From the NCBI GenBank assembly GCA_049966695.1, contig JBMFUG010000001.1, positions 23,184-87,183 of the forward strand: 64,000 nucleotides of DNA, read 5' to 3'. The position numbers and the translations under genes were made by a program. This DNA is from Acidimicrobiales bacterium. Its GTDB lineage: Bacteria; Actinomycetota; Acidimicrobiia; Acidimicrobiales; Palsa-688. Position 1 is the stretch's first letter, and the number at the start of each line of letters is the position of its first letter. Below, one piece after another: positions 45,228 through 54,192 of the stretch. The notes under the pieces are model-generated. The model searched no databases, was not told where the DNA came from, and was given only the letters and a program-made list of their open reading frames with translations.

Positions 45228-46432
45228 CCTACACCGACGGCCTCTCGAACGTCTTAACCCAAATAGGCCAGATCCAAGGCACTTTTGCCGCTCTGCCCCC
45301 GCTGGGCCAGCCTGCTGATTTCGAAAGCGTCCTGGACTTCGTTTCTTCCCTTGCCTACGTCGGAGGGCCAGTTACAAGCGACCCGAACACCGAGCCAGTG
45401 GGCTGGCCGCTCGAAGAGGGCCAGCCGGTCAGCCCACAGCTTGGCACGGCTAGTGCCACGGCCTCGCCAGCCATTTATGAGGCAGCAGAGTCAGCCAGTG
45501 CGGGGCCAAACATTGCGGGAGCCAGTGCTGCGCCAGCTGGGGCCGAGCCCCTAACTGGGAGCGAACTTAGCTTCGGCCAACAAGTTGTGGCCGACGCAGA
45601 AAAGTACATCGGCACCCCCTATCTTTGGGGAGGTACTAACCCGTCCCAGGGTGTCGACTGTTCGGGGCTGGTCCAAGACGTCTTCGCCGACCTTGGGACC
45701 AGCTTGCCCAGGACTTCGCAGGAACAAGCACGTGCAGGCGTCCCCGTGGCGAGCCTGGCCGACGCACAACCAGGCGACCTCGTCTTTTTCCCCGGCACTG
45801 ACGGGACTGCTGCGGCACCCGGCCACGTCGGGATCTACATAGGTAACGGCGAGATGATCGATGCACCCTACGCGGGGGCAAAAGTAAGGGTGGACCCCGT
45901 AGGCGACCCTACAGAGATCCGGCGCATCATCGGCCCAGTCGGCACTGTCGGCACGGTGAGCGCGGTCGGCACAACCGGTACGGCGGGCGCTGCGGGCACG
46001 ACCGGCACGGACGTCACAGCCGGCATGCAAGACACGACCGGCACGGTGGCTGCCTCGCTTTACGCTTCTGACTTCGCCAGCGCATCAGCGAGCACGGGGG
46101 TCCCGCAATCGTTGCTGGCCGCCGTAGCCGAAACCGAGTCAGCGAACCAATCGAGCGCTGTGAGCAACGCCGGAGCACAAGGCCTCATGCAGCTCATGCC
46201 CTCGACTGCCAACAGCCTCGGCATCAACCCTTTCAACCCTGCCCAAGCGATACCCGCTGCGGCGAACTTGCTGTCGTCTTACTACAAACAGTTCGGTTCT
46301 TGGTCGCTGGCGTTGGCCGCCTACAACGCCGGCCCCGCAGCCGTGGAGTCGAGCGGCGGGATCCCCCCCTACCCCGAGACGCAGGCCTACGTGAGAGAAG
46401 TCCTCAGCCGTGCAGGAATGGAGCCAGCATGA
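45224..46432 (+). CDS. Bifunctional peptidoglycan hydrolase: NlpC/P60 endopeptidase plus SLT lytic transglycosylase domains
   Basis: NlpC/P60: YLWGGTNPSQGVDCSGLV...GHVGIYIGNGEMIDAP. SLT: AETESANQSSAVSNAGAQGLMQLMPSTA...AYNAGP. Overlaps the fliJ stop and the fliK start. Confidence 0.8.
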   Translation: MTYTDGLSNVLTQIGQIQGTFAALPPLGQPADFESVLDFVSSLAYVGGPVTSDPNTEPVGWPLEEGQPVSPQLGTASATASPAIYEAAESASAGPNIAGASAAPAGAEPLTGSELSFGQQVVADAEKYIGTPYLWGGTNPSQGVDCSGLVQDVFADLGTSLPRTSQEQARAGVPVASLADAQPGDLVFFPGTDGTAAAPGHVGIYIGNGEMIDAPYAGAKVRVDPVGDPTEIRRIIGPVGTVGTVSAVGTTGTAGAAGTTGTDVTAGMQDTTGTVAASLYASDFASASASTGVPQSLLAAVAETESANQSSAVSNAGAQGLMQLMPSTANSLGINPFNPAQAIPAAANLLSSYYKQFGSWSLALAAYNAGPAAVESSGGIPPYPETQAYVREVLSRAGMEPA

Positions 46433-48438
46433 GTATGACAACGATCGCCCCGGCTGAACCAGGCACAACCCAGCCGGCCACAGCACCGGCTGGGCCCTCT
46501 GCCGGCACCACTGGCGCGCAGACCTTCGCAGGCATGCTCGCCGTCATGGGGGTCGTGCCCCAGGCTCAACCGGCCCAACCTCCAGCACCAACCGGCACTG
46601 CGGCCCAACAGACAAGCTTGGCGCCGCCAGCCAGCGTCACGGCCACGGCCGCTCCTGCTGGCGCTGCTCTTGCGACCAGCCCGGCGTCCGCCCCTACTGA
46701 GGCACCCGGGGAAGCCGGCAGCAGCTCTACGGCTCAGGCATCTAGCCCCGTCACCCAGGCCGGCAGCTCTATGGCCCAACCGGGCAGCTCACAGACGGAC
46801 GGGCCCGGTACCGCGACCATTACGGGCAGCCAGACCACCGACCACGCCCAGGGCAGCCTCAACGACCAAGCCGGGACAGGCAACAGCGCAACTGCCCAGG
46901 TCCCAGCGAAAGGCACAGCACAAGTCGGCACAGCACAAGTCGGCACAGCACAAGTCGGCACAGCGCAAGTCGGCACAGCACAACCGGCCCTGTCGGTCGC
47001 GCTGCTCACCGGCAGCGCCACGGAGGGCCAGCGCACTGTGGCAGCAGGGCCCGGAGCTGCAACTGAGGCCGCCGGTGCCAACGCCGTCTCTCAACATGCG
47101 ACAACCCTGGTTGTCCCGGGGGGGACGGCCACTTCTGGGACAGCGGTAGTCACGGTCAAGGCACTGGCCCCCGGCAGTCCCGCCGAACCTGCTGGGCCTG
47201 CTGGGCCTGCTGGGCAGAGTGCTCTTCTTGCCGCACCTGGGAGCTCGGCCAACCTCGCCGCACCTGGGAGCTCGGCCAACCTCGCCGCACCTGGGAGCTC
47301 GGCCAACACGACGGCTACCCAGTCGAGCGCAAGTGCAGCCACCGCGGTCCGGGCCGAGGGCACGTTAGCCAACAGGCCAGGGACTGGCGCAACACCAGCT
47401 TCGGCGCGAGACAGCCGTCCTGGTGCCCAAGCGGGGACGAACCCGTCGGCGGTCACAGACCGAGGCCAAGATGGCCCCCTGGTCGCCGGCTCTCAAGCCG
47501 GAGCCCAGGACCAGCAACCGGTACTGGCCAGCCACGGCGATAACGGTGGCGGCCAGGGCGCTGCGGGCCAAGCCGATAGCAGCACAGGTGGAGCTCCGGG
47601 CCAAGCCGGTGCCAGCGCGGATGCGGCCCACGGCGATAACGGTGGCGGCCAGGGCGCTGCGGGCCAAGCCGATAGCAGCACAGGTGCAACGAACCTGTCT
47701 CAAAAGTCTCCTGCCTCTGCTGGCACTGCGTCCTCACAAAGCTTCCGCCCCGCCACCATTGCCACGGCTCCATCCCAGGACGCCCACAGCCCCTCAACCG
47801 GGCCAACCGGCAACACCTCCGGTTCCCAGTCGCCCGGGGCTGGGACGGGCGCCCAAAAGACCGCCATCTCCGCCAGCAACCAGCCCGGTGCAAGCCAGAC
47901 ATCCTCGAGCACGGCCACGGCACCAACTGCTGCGCTGCTCCAATCGTCTCGCGGCGCTCCCGTCGCCGCGGGCCAAGCAACGACTAGTGCCAATAGCGCC
48001 AACCAGCCCGCAAGCACGTTGCCTATCGCTAACCAATTGGCCGATGTCATCACGCCAGCAGCCAACCAGCCTGACGGCACCTACCAGGTGAGCATCCATC
48101 TTCACCCCGAAGAGCTGGGGACGGTACACGTCGAGCTGCACATTGAGTCGGGAGTGGTCAACGTCTCAGTGCACACCGAAGGCGACGCCACAAGGGATCT
48201 GCTGCGCCAGAACATGGGCCAGCTGCGCCAGCAACTGGCGGGAAGTGGTCTAGCAACCGGGCACTTCGACGTCGAGAGCGGCTCGGCACAGGCCCACCAA
48301 GACAGCGGGCGCCCGCTCACCAGCCCATTGCCACCCGGGCCGTCCGCTGACAACCAAGAAGAGCAAGTGCCGTTAGTACCAGACAGTGGGCCCTACCTGT
48401 TGCCCTTGGTCAACGGCGCCCTAGACGTAAGGCTGTGA
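46429..48438 (+). CDS. fliK: Flagellar hook-length control protein FliK (repeat-expanded)
   Basis: C-terminal Flg_hook-type domain VSIHLHPEELGTVHVELHIESGVVNVSVHTE. Start ATG 46429 overlaps the upstream stop (ATGA). 669 aa. Confidence 0.7.
   Translation: MSMTTIAPAEPGTTQPATAPAGPSAGTTGAQTFAGMLAVMGVVPQAQPAQPPAPTGTAAQQTSLAPPASVTATAAPAGAALATSPASAPTEAPGEAGSSSTAQASSPVTQAGSSMAQPGSSQTDGPGTATITGSQTTDHAQGSLNDQAGTGNSATAQVPAKGTAQVGTAQVGTAQVGTAQVGTAQPALSVALLTGSATEGQRTVAAGPGAATEAAGANAVSQHATTLVVPGGTATSGTAVVTVKALAPGSPAEPAGPAGPAGQSALLAAPGSSANLAAPGSSANLAAPGSSANTTATQSSASAATAVRAEGTLANRPGTGATPASARDSRPGAQAGTNPSAVTDRGQDGPLVAGSQAGAQDQQPVLASHGDNGGGQGAAGQADSSTGGAPGQAGASADAAHGDNGGGQGAAGQADSSTGATNLSQKSPASAGTASSQSFRPATIATAPSQDAHSPSTGPTGNTSGSQSPGAGTGAQKTAISASNQPGASQTSSSTATAPTAALLQSSRGAPVAAGQATTSANSANQPASTLPIANQLADVITPAANQPDGTYQVSIHLHPEELGTVHVELHIESGVVNVSVHTEGDATRDLLRQNMGQLRQQLAGSGLATGHFDVESGSAQAHQDSGRPLTSPLPPGPSADNQEEQVPLVPDSGPYLLPLVNGALDVRL
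46912..46983 (+). repeat. 15-nt in-frame tandem repeat (GTAQV) x about 4.5 in fliK
   Basis: ggcacagcacaagtc is iterated. Read directly. Confidence 0.9.
47230..47310 (+). repeat. 27-nt in-frame tandem repeat (AAPGSSANL) x3 in fliK
   Basis: gccgcacctgggagctcggccaacctc is iterated. Confidence 0.9.
47532..47686 (+). repeat. About 59-nt identical direct repeat x2 (period 96 nt) in fliK
   Basis: ccacggcgataacggtggcggccagggcgctgcgggccaagccgatagcagcacaggtg occurs at 47532 and 47628. Confidence 0.9.
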
Positions 48439-48442
48439 ACCG

Positions 48443-49048
48443 ATGAGCGACATTTCCGCGACTAGCTCAACGAGCACCGGGCCCACGGCCACGCTGCCTC
48501 CCGGCTACAGCGCCCCCACCGACAGCACCAGCACGACCAGCCAGTCGAGCCTGAACGGCGTCAATGCCGACACCTTCTTGCAACTTCTCGTGGCCCAGCT
48601 CCAGTACCAGGACCCAACCAGCCCAGTCGACCCCACAGAGTTCCTGTCGCAAACGGCGTCGTTCGAAGAAGTGGAAGAGCTGACCAGCCTGCAGAGCTCG
48701 CTGTCGAGCCTCGTAAGCGCTCAACAGGCGGGGGCGGCCACGGCGATGCTTGGGTCCCAGGTCACCGGTACAGACGCAAATGGCAAGCAAGTGTCTGGCA
48801 TCGTGACCGGTGTCCAGCTGACATCGAACGGCCCCACCCTCACCGTAGGCAACAGCACCATCGCCTACAGCTCAGTTACCAGCGTAACGACGGCGTCAAG
48901 CGCGTCCGGCACCACCAGCTCGTCGTCCAGCACAACCGGCTCGTCAACCACCACGGGCACCACTGGCTCGTCGTCTGCCACTAACAGCTCGTCCGCCACC
49001 GCTAGCCCGTCAACCTCGTCAACCTCGTCAACCTCGTCGAGCTCTTAG
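48443..49048 (+). CDS. flgD: Flagellar hook capping/assembly protein FlgD with poly-Ser/Thr tail
   Basis: DTFLQLLVAQLQYQDPTSPVDPTEFLSQ. The C-terminal ~55 aa are almost entirely S/T/G. Confidence 0.8.
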   Translation: MSDISATSSTSTGPTATLPPGYSAPTDSTSTTSQSSLNGVNADTFLQLLVAQLQYQDPTSPVDPTEFLSQTASFEEVEELTSLQSSLSSLVSAQQAGAATAMLGSQVTGTDANGKQVSGIVTGVQLTSNGPTLTVGNSTIAYSSVTSVTTASSASGTTSSSSSTTGSSTTTGTTGSSSATNSSSATASPSTSSTSSTSSSS

Positions 49049-49084
49049 GAGCGAGACCAACCCAAACAACAAAGGAGGAAGCCA

Positions 49085-50356
49085 GTGCTCCGTTCACTGT
49101 CCAGCGCAGTCTCCGGGCTCGACGCCAACCAGGAGATGATCGATACCATCGGCAACGACATCGCCAATGTCAATACCACCGGCTATAAGAGCAGCAGCGT
49201 CGAGTTCGAGGACTTGCTCAGCCAGACCATAGCCGGTGCCACTGCACCAAGCTCCGGTCAGGGTGGCGTCAACCCAACTCAGGTCGGCCTAGGGGTGAAG
49301 GTGGCCGGGATCGAGACCAACTTCACCCAGGGCAACTCCGAACAGACCGGCAACCCGCTTGACTTGGCCATCCAGGGCGACGGCTTTTTCATTTGCAACG
49401 CCAACGGCCAGACCTACTACACCAGAGCTGGTTCGCTGCAGCTCGACGCCAACGGCGACCTGACAACGCCCGATGGCTACCTGGTCCAGGGCTGGGCCGC
49501 TGATGCGAAAGGCAATATCAACACCAGCGCTCCGCTGACCAACCTTGCCATCCCCTCGGGGCAATCGATCGGGGCCAACGCCACTCAGAACATAAACCTC
49601 GCAGGCAACCTGGCGCCACAATCTGGTTGGACCGACCCCGACAGTTCAGCCTCGGGCCCGGGCACGTCCACTTCCGTCACGGTCTACGCGCCCAACGGCT
49701 CGACAGAGACCCTGAGCCTGGTCTTCACCGAAGGAAGCGCTGGCCCCACGAGCTGGAACGTGTACGGGGCGCTAATAACACCCGGCTCCACCACAGCGCC
49801 CACCTACAGCTCAATAGGGACATTGAGCTTCAACAGCGACGGCACATTGGCCAGCGGCAACACCTTACCGCTCAAGTTCTCCCCTACGAGCGGTACGACC
49901 ATAAACATCAACTTCACCGACTCCTCCGGCAACCCGACCGTAACGGCTTACTCGGGCGATGACACCTTGTCGGTGGCGAGCCAAGACGGCAACGCCTCAG
50001 GCACCCTGCAGAGCTACAGCATTGGCAGCAACGGCGTCATCCAAGGCGTGTTCAGCAACGGCCAAACAAAAGACCTGGGCCAGATCGCCTTGGCCACCTT
50101 CGCCAACCCTGACGGCTTGCTGCGCGCAGGGGACACAGACTTTACCGCCACTGCGAACTCCGGCTTGGCCCAGATCGGCACCCCCGGCAACGCCAACTGG
50201 GGCACCATCGAAGCGGGGACGCTGGAGTCGTCCAACGTGGACCTGGGCACCGAGCTCACCGAGCTCATCGAAGGCGAGCGTGGGTTCCAAGCGAACTCAA
50301 GCGTCATCACTACCTCGGACCAGCTACTGCAAACCCTGATCAGCATGAACCCATGA
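49085..50356 (+). CDS. flgE: Flagellar hook protein FlgE
   Basis: N-terminal MLRSLSSAVSGLDANQEMIDTIGNDIANVNTTGYK. C-terminal LESSNVDLGTELTELIEGERGFQANSSVITTSDQLLQTLISM. GTG start with SD AAAGGAGGAA. Confidence 0.88.
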   Translation: MLRSLSSAVSGLDANQEMIDTIGNDIANVNTTGYKSSSVEFEDLLSQTIAGATAPSSGQGGVNPTQVGLGVKVAGIETNFTQGNSEQTGNPLDLAIQGDGFFICNANGQTYYTRAGSLQLDANGDLTTPDGYLVQGWAADAKGNINTSAPLTNLAIPSGQSIGANATQNINLAGNLAPQSGWTDPDSSASGPGTSTSVTVYAPNGSTETLSLVFTEGSAGPTSWNVYGALITPGSTTAPTYSSIGTLSFNSDGTLASGNTLPLKFSPTSGTTININFTDSSGNPTVTAYSGDDTLSVASQDGNASGTLQSYSIGSNGVIQGVFSNGQTKDLGQIALATFANPDGLLRAGDTDFTATANSGLAQIGTPGNANWGTIEAGTLESSNVDLGTELTELIEGERGFQANSSVITTSDQLLQTLISMNP

Positions 50357-50516
50357 CCCCCTAAAGTGCGACCCTCCTAAAGCAAGCCGGTACCAGCGGG
50401 CCGCAAGCGGCACGCGGCTCGTGGACGGCTTGGTGAGGTAGCGCCTTCTTCACTTTCTCGCTTCGCGTCTCTATGACGCCTGGGACCGCCATTGGGCACT
50501 GAGCTTGCCCCCCACG

Positions 50517-50545
50517 CTCATACGCCTGTGCTGCCCTGCCGATCG
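50517..50545 (+). promoter_or_regulatory. Candidate internal sigma28-type promoter upstream of flbD-motAB
   Basis: CTCATA-N15-GCCGATCG, with a spacer 1 nt longer than the other six copies. Lies 64 nt before the flbD ATG. Confidence 0.35.
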
Positions 50546-50609
50546 TGAAGGAGCCGGCCAACGGACTGGCCGGGCGCTTTTAGCGCTGGCAACCCGACGG
50601 AGCGGGGCA

Positions 50610-50879
50610 ATGATCCTACTCACACGGCTCAACGGCCCGCAGTTCGCGGTCAACGCGGACTTGATCGAGCGTGCCGAAGCGACTCCCGACACCGTCCTCA
50701 CCCTTGTCGACGGCACAAAGTACCTTGTCGAAGAGAGCGTGCAGGAGGTGATCGAGCGGGTACGCACGTTCCGCGCCTCGGTACTGGTCGCTGCCAAGGA
50801 GCTTGAGCGGACGGCAGACCAGCCCCTGGCCACTCTAAGGGCCCTTCCCAAGCCTGCCAACGAAGCTCAGGAGACCTAG
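50610..50879 (+). CDS. flbD: Flagellar protein FlbD
   Basis: MILLTRLNGPQFAVNADLIERAEATPDTVLTLVDGTKYLVEESVQEVIERV. Start ATG 50610 (tracked ORF begins at 50505). Confidence 0.75.
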   Translation: MILLTRLNGPQFAVNADLIERAEATPDTVLTLVDGTKYLVEESVQEVIERVRTFRASVLVAAKELERTADQPLATLRALPKPANEAQET

Positions 50880-50881
50880 CC

Positions 50882-51679
50882 GTGGACCCTGCGAGCTTTA
50901 CCGGCATCGGCCTCGCACTTTTCTCCCTTTTCGTGGCGATGATCATGGACGGGGGCAACCCTGCCGCGCTCATCGCCCCTTCCTCGATACTGCTGACCTT
51001 TGGCGGCACGATCGGCGCGGCCACTGCGGGAATGCTCATGAGCGACGCCAAGGCGCTACCTACGATATTGAAGAGCGCCCTTACGACCAAGGTGAGCGCC
51101 CCTGACGACGCAGTCACCACGGTGGTCTCTTTCGCCGAAAAAGCCAGGCGCCAAGGGCTGCTGGCCCTAGAAGAAGAAGCACGCAACATTGACGACGCCT
51201 TTCTCAGGAAAGGCATAGAAATGGCTGTGGACGGCACTGACCCGGAGGAGATACGCGAAATACTGGGCAATGACCTCGACGCCATGAAAGCCCGGCACCG
51301 TGCCGGGGCCAAGTTCTTCGGGGACATGGGCGGGTTCGCCCCGACAATGGGGATCATAGGCACCGTGATGGGGCTCCTCCACGTGCTGCAAAACCTTTCC
51401 ACTCCCAGCACGTTGGGCCCCATGATCGCAGCAGCCTTCACCGCCACGTTATGGGGCGTCATGCAGGCGAACATCTTTTGGATCCCGATATCCAACAAGC
51501 TGAAGCGTGCCAGCGAGGTAGAGGTGAGGCGCATGGAGCTATTGCTTGAAGGGATACTGGCGATCCAAGCGGGCGCCAACCCTCGGGTCGTCGAGCAACG
51601 CCTGCTTTCCTACCTTTCGCCAAAGGAACAGGCCGCGGCCAGGGAGGCCCGGGAAGCAGCCAAGACGAAGGCGGCTTGA
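50882..51679 (+). CDS. motA: Flagellar stator protein MotA
   Basis: 4 TM helices, GGFAPTMGIIGTVMGL and AAAFTATLWGV motifs. GTG start. Confidence 0.85.
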   Translation: MDPASFTGIGLALFSLFVAMIMDGGNPAALIAPSSILLTFGGTIGAATAGMLMSDAKALPTILKSALTTKVSAPDDAVTTVVSFAEKARRQGLLALEEEARNIDDAFLRKGIEMAVDGTDPEEIREILGNDLDAMKARHRAGAKFFGDMGGFAPTMGIIGTVMGLLHVLQNLSTPSTLGPMIAAAFTATLWGVMQANIFWIPISNKLKRASEVEVRRMELLLEGILAIQAGANPRVVEQRLLSYLSPKEQAAAREAREAAKTKAA

Positions 51680-51680
51680 G

Positions 51681-52550
51681 ATGGCACGCCGCCGTCCCCA
51701 CGTGGACGCCGAGGAGGAAGGCCCCAGCAGGGAGCGATGGCTTCTCACCTACTCCGACATGATCACGCTGCTCATGGTGCTTTTCATCGTGCTCTTCGCC
51801 CTGGGCCAGACCGACATCCGCAAGTTCGATGCTTTCAGGGACAGCTTCAGGCCCATACAGGAGCCCACTCCCAATACCCCCCCCGGTGGCCCAGGAGTGC
51901 TGTCGGCCCCAGCTGCGATCGCGCTAGAAGAGCAAAACGCCTTCGCTATGCTAACGCGTGCCATCGCCAGTGCGTCGGCGACGGCCAAGCAGCTTGACCA
52001 GCAACATTCCGGGAAAACGGCCTCTGGCCAAGACCAACCGGGCGAGCCCAACCAAGCCCTCCAGGCTGCCGAGCGCGAGTACCAGACGCTCAACAACGCT
52101 GAGAGGGCCATGGAAAATGCACTGGTGCGGGCGGGGCTGGCCAATGAGGTGACGTTCAACATCGACCAGCGTGGCCTGGTGGTCACGATACTGACCGACA
52201 AGATCCTTTTCCCGACGGACTCGGCGCAGCTGCAGCCAGAGGGAGTCAAAATCCTGAACGTGCTGGCACCCGTACTTGCCTCGCTGCCCAACCTGATCGA
52301 CGTGGAGGGCGACACCGACAACCAGCCGATCAGGGGAGGGCCTTACCCAGACAACTGGGCACTGTCCGCGGCACGAGCTGTCGCCGTGGTCGAAGACCTG
52401 ATACACGAGCACGGGATCAACCCGGACCGCCTTCAGGCGACAGGCAACTCCGACACCCGCCCCGTGGTGCCCAACAACACGCCCCAGCACCGTGCCGAAA
52501 ACCGCCGAGTTGAAATAGTCGTCTACTCCACGACGTTGGCGGCACCTTGA
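51681..52550 (+). CDS. motB: Flagellar stator protein MotB (OmpA-like C-terminal domain)
   Basis: WLLTYSDMITLLMVLFIVLFAL with the conserved Asp. C-terminal NWALSAARAVAVV...NRRVEIVV. Confidence 0.85.
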   Translation: MARRRPHVDAEEEGPSRERWLLTYSDMITLLMVLFIVLFALGQTDIRKFDAFRDSFRPIQEPTPNTPPGGPGVLSAPAAIALEEQNAFAMLTRAIASASATAKQLDQQHSGKTASGQDQPGEPNQALQAAEREYQTLNNAERAMENALVRAGLANEVTFNIDQRGLVVTILTDKILFPTDSAQLQPEGVKILNVLAPVLASLPNLIDVEGDTDNQPIRGGPYPDNWALSAARAVAVVEDLIHEHGINPDRLQATGNSDTRPVVPNNTPQHRAENRRVEIVVYSTTLAAP

Positions 52551-52664
52551 GCAGGGTTCATATGACCGAGACAGCCGCGACAGCCCTGAGACTTATGACC
52601 GAGACCGACCGACAAAAAACACAGACCGGCAGGCCGGCCACCGAGGCAGCCCTAAGGCAAGAAG

Positions 52665-53120
52665 ATGGCCACAAAAACAGCTAAAGACAATGCCCCGGCC
52701 GATGGCGCTAAGGGCAAGCACAAGAGCAAAAAGAAGCTCTTCGTCATCCTCTTGGTCGTCGTGGTCGGCGTGGCGGGTTTCGGCTACAAGACCATGGCCA
52801 AAAAGCCGGCGGGCAGCCCCGCCCCCGTTACAGGCCCAGTGGTCGTCGAGAGCTCCCTCACGGTCAACTTGAGAGACGGCCACTACCTGCAGTTCACGGC
52901 TGGGCTCCAATTGGCCGTGGGCAAGCCCAGCACCGCCCTCAACAACTACACGCCGGAGATCATGGACATCTTGATCTCGCAGGCGTCTGGCTTCACCGAA
53001 GCAGGCCTGCTGGCCCCTGGCGGCCGCAAGGCACTAAAAAGAGACATCCTCAGCGCGTTGAACAAGTTCTGGCCCGGTGCCGTCGTCGCCGTGTACTTCG
53101 AGCAGTTCGTCATGCAATAA
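52665..53120 (+). CDS. fliL: Flagellar basal body-associated protein FliL
   Basis: Lys-rich N-terminus, a single TM helix, and C-terminal VVAVYFEQFVMQ. Confidence 0.7.
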   Translation: MATKTAKDNAPADGAKGKHKSKKKLFVILLVVVVGVAGFGYKTMAKKPAGSPAPVTGPVVVESSLTVNLRDGHYLQFTAGLQLAVGKPSTALNNYTPEIMDILISQASGFTEAGLLAPGGRKALKRDILSALNKFWPGAVVAVYFEQFVMQ

Positions 53121-53222
53121 CTCGCCAGTCTGCAATAACCCGCCGCCTATGCCATAGCCCCCCGTGCACCAACAGCAGGCCACGTAGCCAAAAGACCTCC
53201 CAGCCACCCCAGCGCGGCATTG

Positions 53223-53250
53223 CTCAGGTCGAGGTCATGCCTGCCGATCA
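53223..53250 (+). promoter_or_regulatory. Candidate internal sigma28-type promoter of fliM
   Basis: CTCAGG-N14-GCCGATCA, then 8 nt, then the in-frame ATG at 53259. Its first 13 nt are identical to those of the fliC copy (CTCAGGTCGAGG). Confidence 0.5.
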
Positions 53251-53258
53251 CAGCGCAG

Positions 53259-54173
53259 ATGACCGCGCCCGCCAACCAGAGCACCGTGGTGCCGTTGGGG
53301 CGCGCAGGCAGGCCGAAACCGCTTAGGAGGTTCCGGATCAGGCCTGCCAGCACCCTGAAAGACGAGCACGAACAGGTCTTGGTCCTCGTTGGCCAGAGCT
53401 TCTGCCGTCTGTTCGGTGCGGACATGTCGACCTTCGTGCGCGGCGACGTCGACATCGACATGTTGCCCGTCCAGCAGTGGTCATGGGACGACCTGCTCAA
53501 CTCGTTGCCCGAGCCTTACTGCGCGGGCCGCCTGGCGATGCCGCCGATGGTGGGCACGGGGCTCGTCACCTTGGACATGTCGCTCGCTACTGCGGTCGTC
53601 GAAAAGCTCCTGGGCGGGGCGGGCCGGCCCCAGGAACGTGACGAGCCGCTGACCGACGTCGAAGTGACGCTCTTATCGGAACTTCACCAGCATGCCGCCG
53701 AGGACATGGCTGAGGCTCTCTCCTTGGTCGTCGCCACCAAGCCCGTCACGACCCGCCAAGAAAGCCGCCTCGAGCTGATCCGCGCCGTACCGGGGCACAC
53801 GCTGCTCGTAGCCCTCGAGTTCGACATCGACATGAAAAGTGCCAGCGGGCGCCTGCGCATTGCCATCCCAGCGGAAGCGCTCATGGCCCATTTGGAGGCC
53901 TTCGCAGGCACCTCCACTAGCAGTGCCACCTTGAACGAGACCGGCAGGCTGTCGCTTTGCGCCGTCGAGGCAAGTGTGCGCTTCAACGACACTCCTATTA
54001 CTTCGCGCCAGCTGCTCGAACTTGAGCCCGGAGATGTCCTGGCCCTCGCTCACCCGACGACCAGCCCCCTTACCCTTTACGTCGGCGGCGTCCCCTTTTT
54101 AAAGGTCCTAGCTGGCCGCCGAGGCGCACAAAAAGCGTTCGCAGTAATTGGGCCTTACAAACAAACAACCTGA
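53259..54173 (+). CDS. fliM: Flagellar motor switch protein FliM
   Basis: Positioned between fliL and fliN. Has a RRFRIRP...QVLVLVGQSFCRLF core region and a C-terminal SpoA-like LEPGDVLAL. Start set at 53259. Confidence 0.75.
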   Translation: MTAPANQSTVVPLGRAGRPKPLRRFRIRPASTLKDEHEQVLVLVGQSFCRLFGADMSTFVRGDVDIDMLPVQQWSWDDLLNSLPEPYCAGRLAMPPMVGTGLVTLDMSLATAVVEKLLGGAGRPQERDEPLTDVEVTLLSELHQHAAEDMAEALSLVVATKPVTTRQESRLELIRAVPGHTLLVALEFDIDMKSASGRLRIAIPAEALMAHLEAFAGTSTSSATLNETGRLSLCAVEASVRFNDTPITSRQLLELEPGDVLALAHPTTSPLTLYVGGVPFLKVLAGRRGAQKAFAVIGPYKQTT

Positions 54174-54192
54174 CAGATGAGCAAGGTAACAG

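Noticed and set aside
46912-47686. Tandem and spaced repeats considered as a possible CRISPR array or mobile repeat.
   Set aside because: All are in frame inside the fliK coding sequence. The units are 15, 27 and 59 nt long and have no unique spacers of CRISPR size. No cas genes are present.
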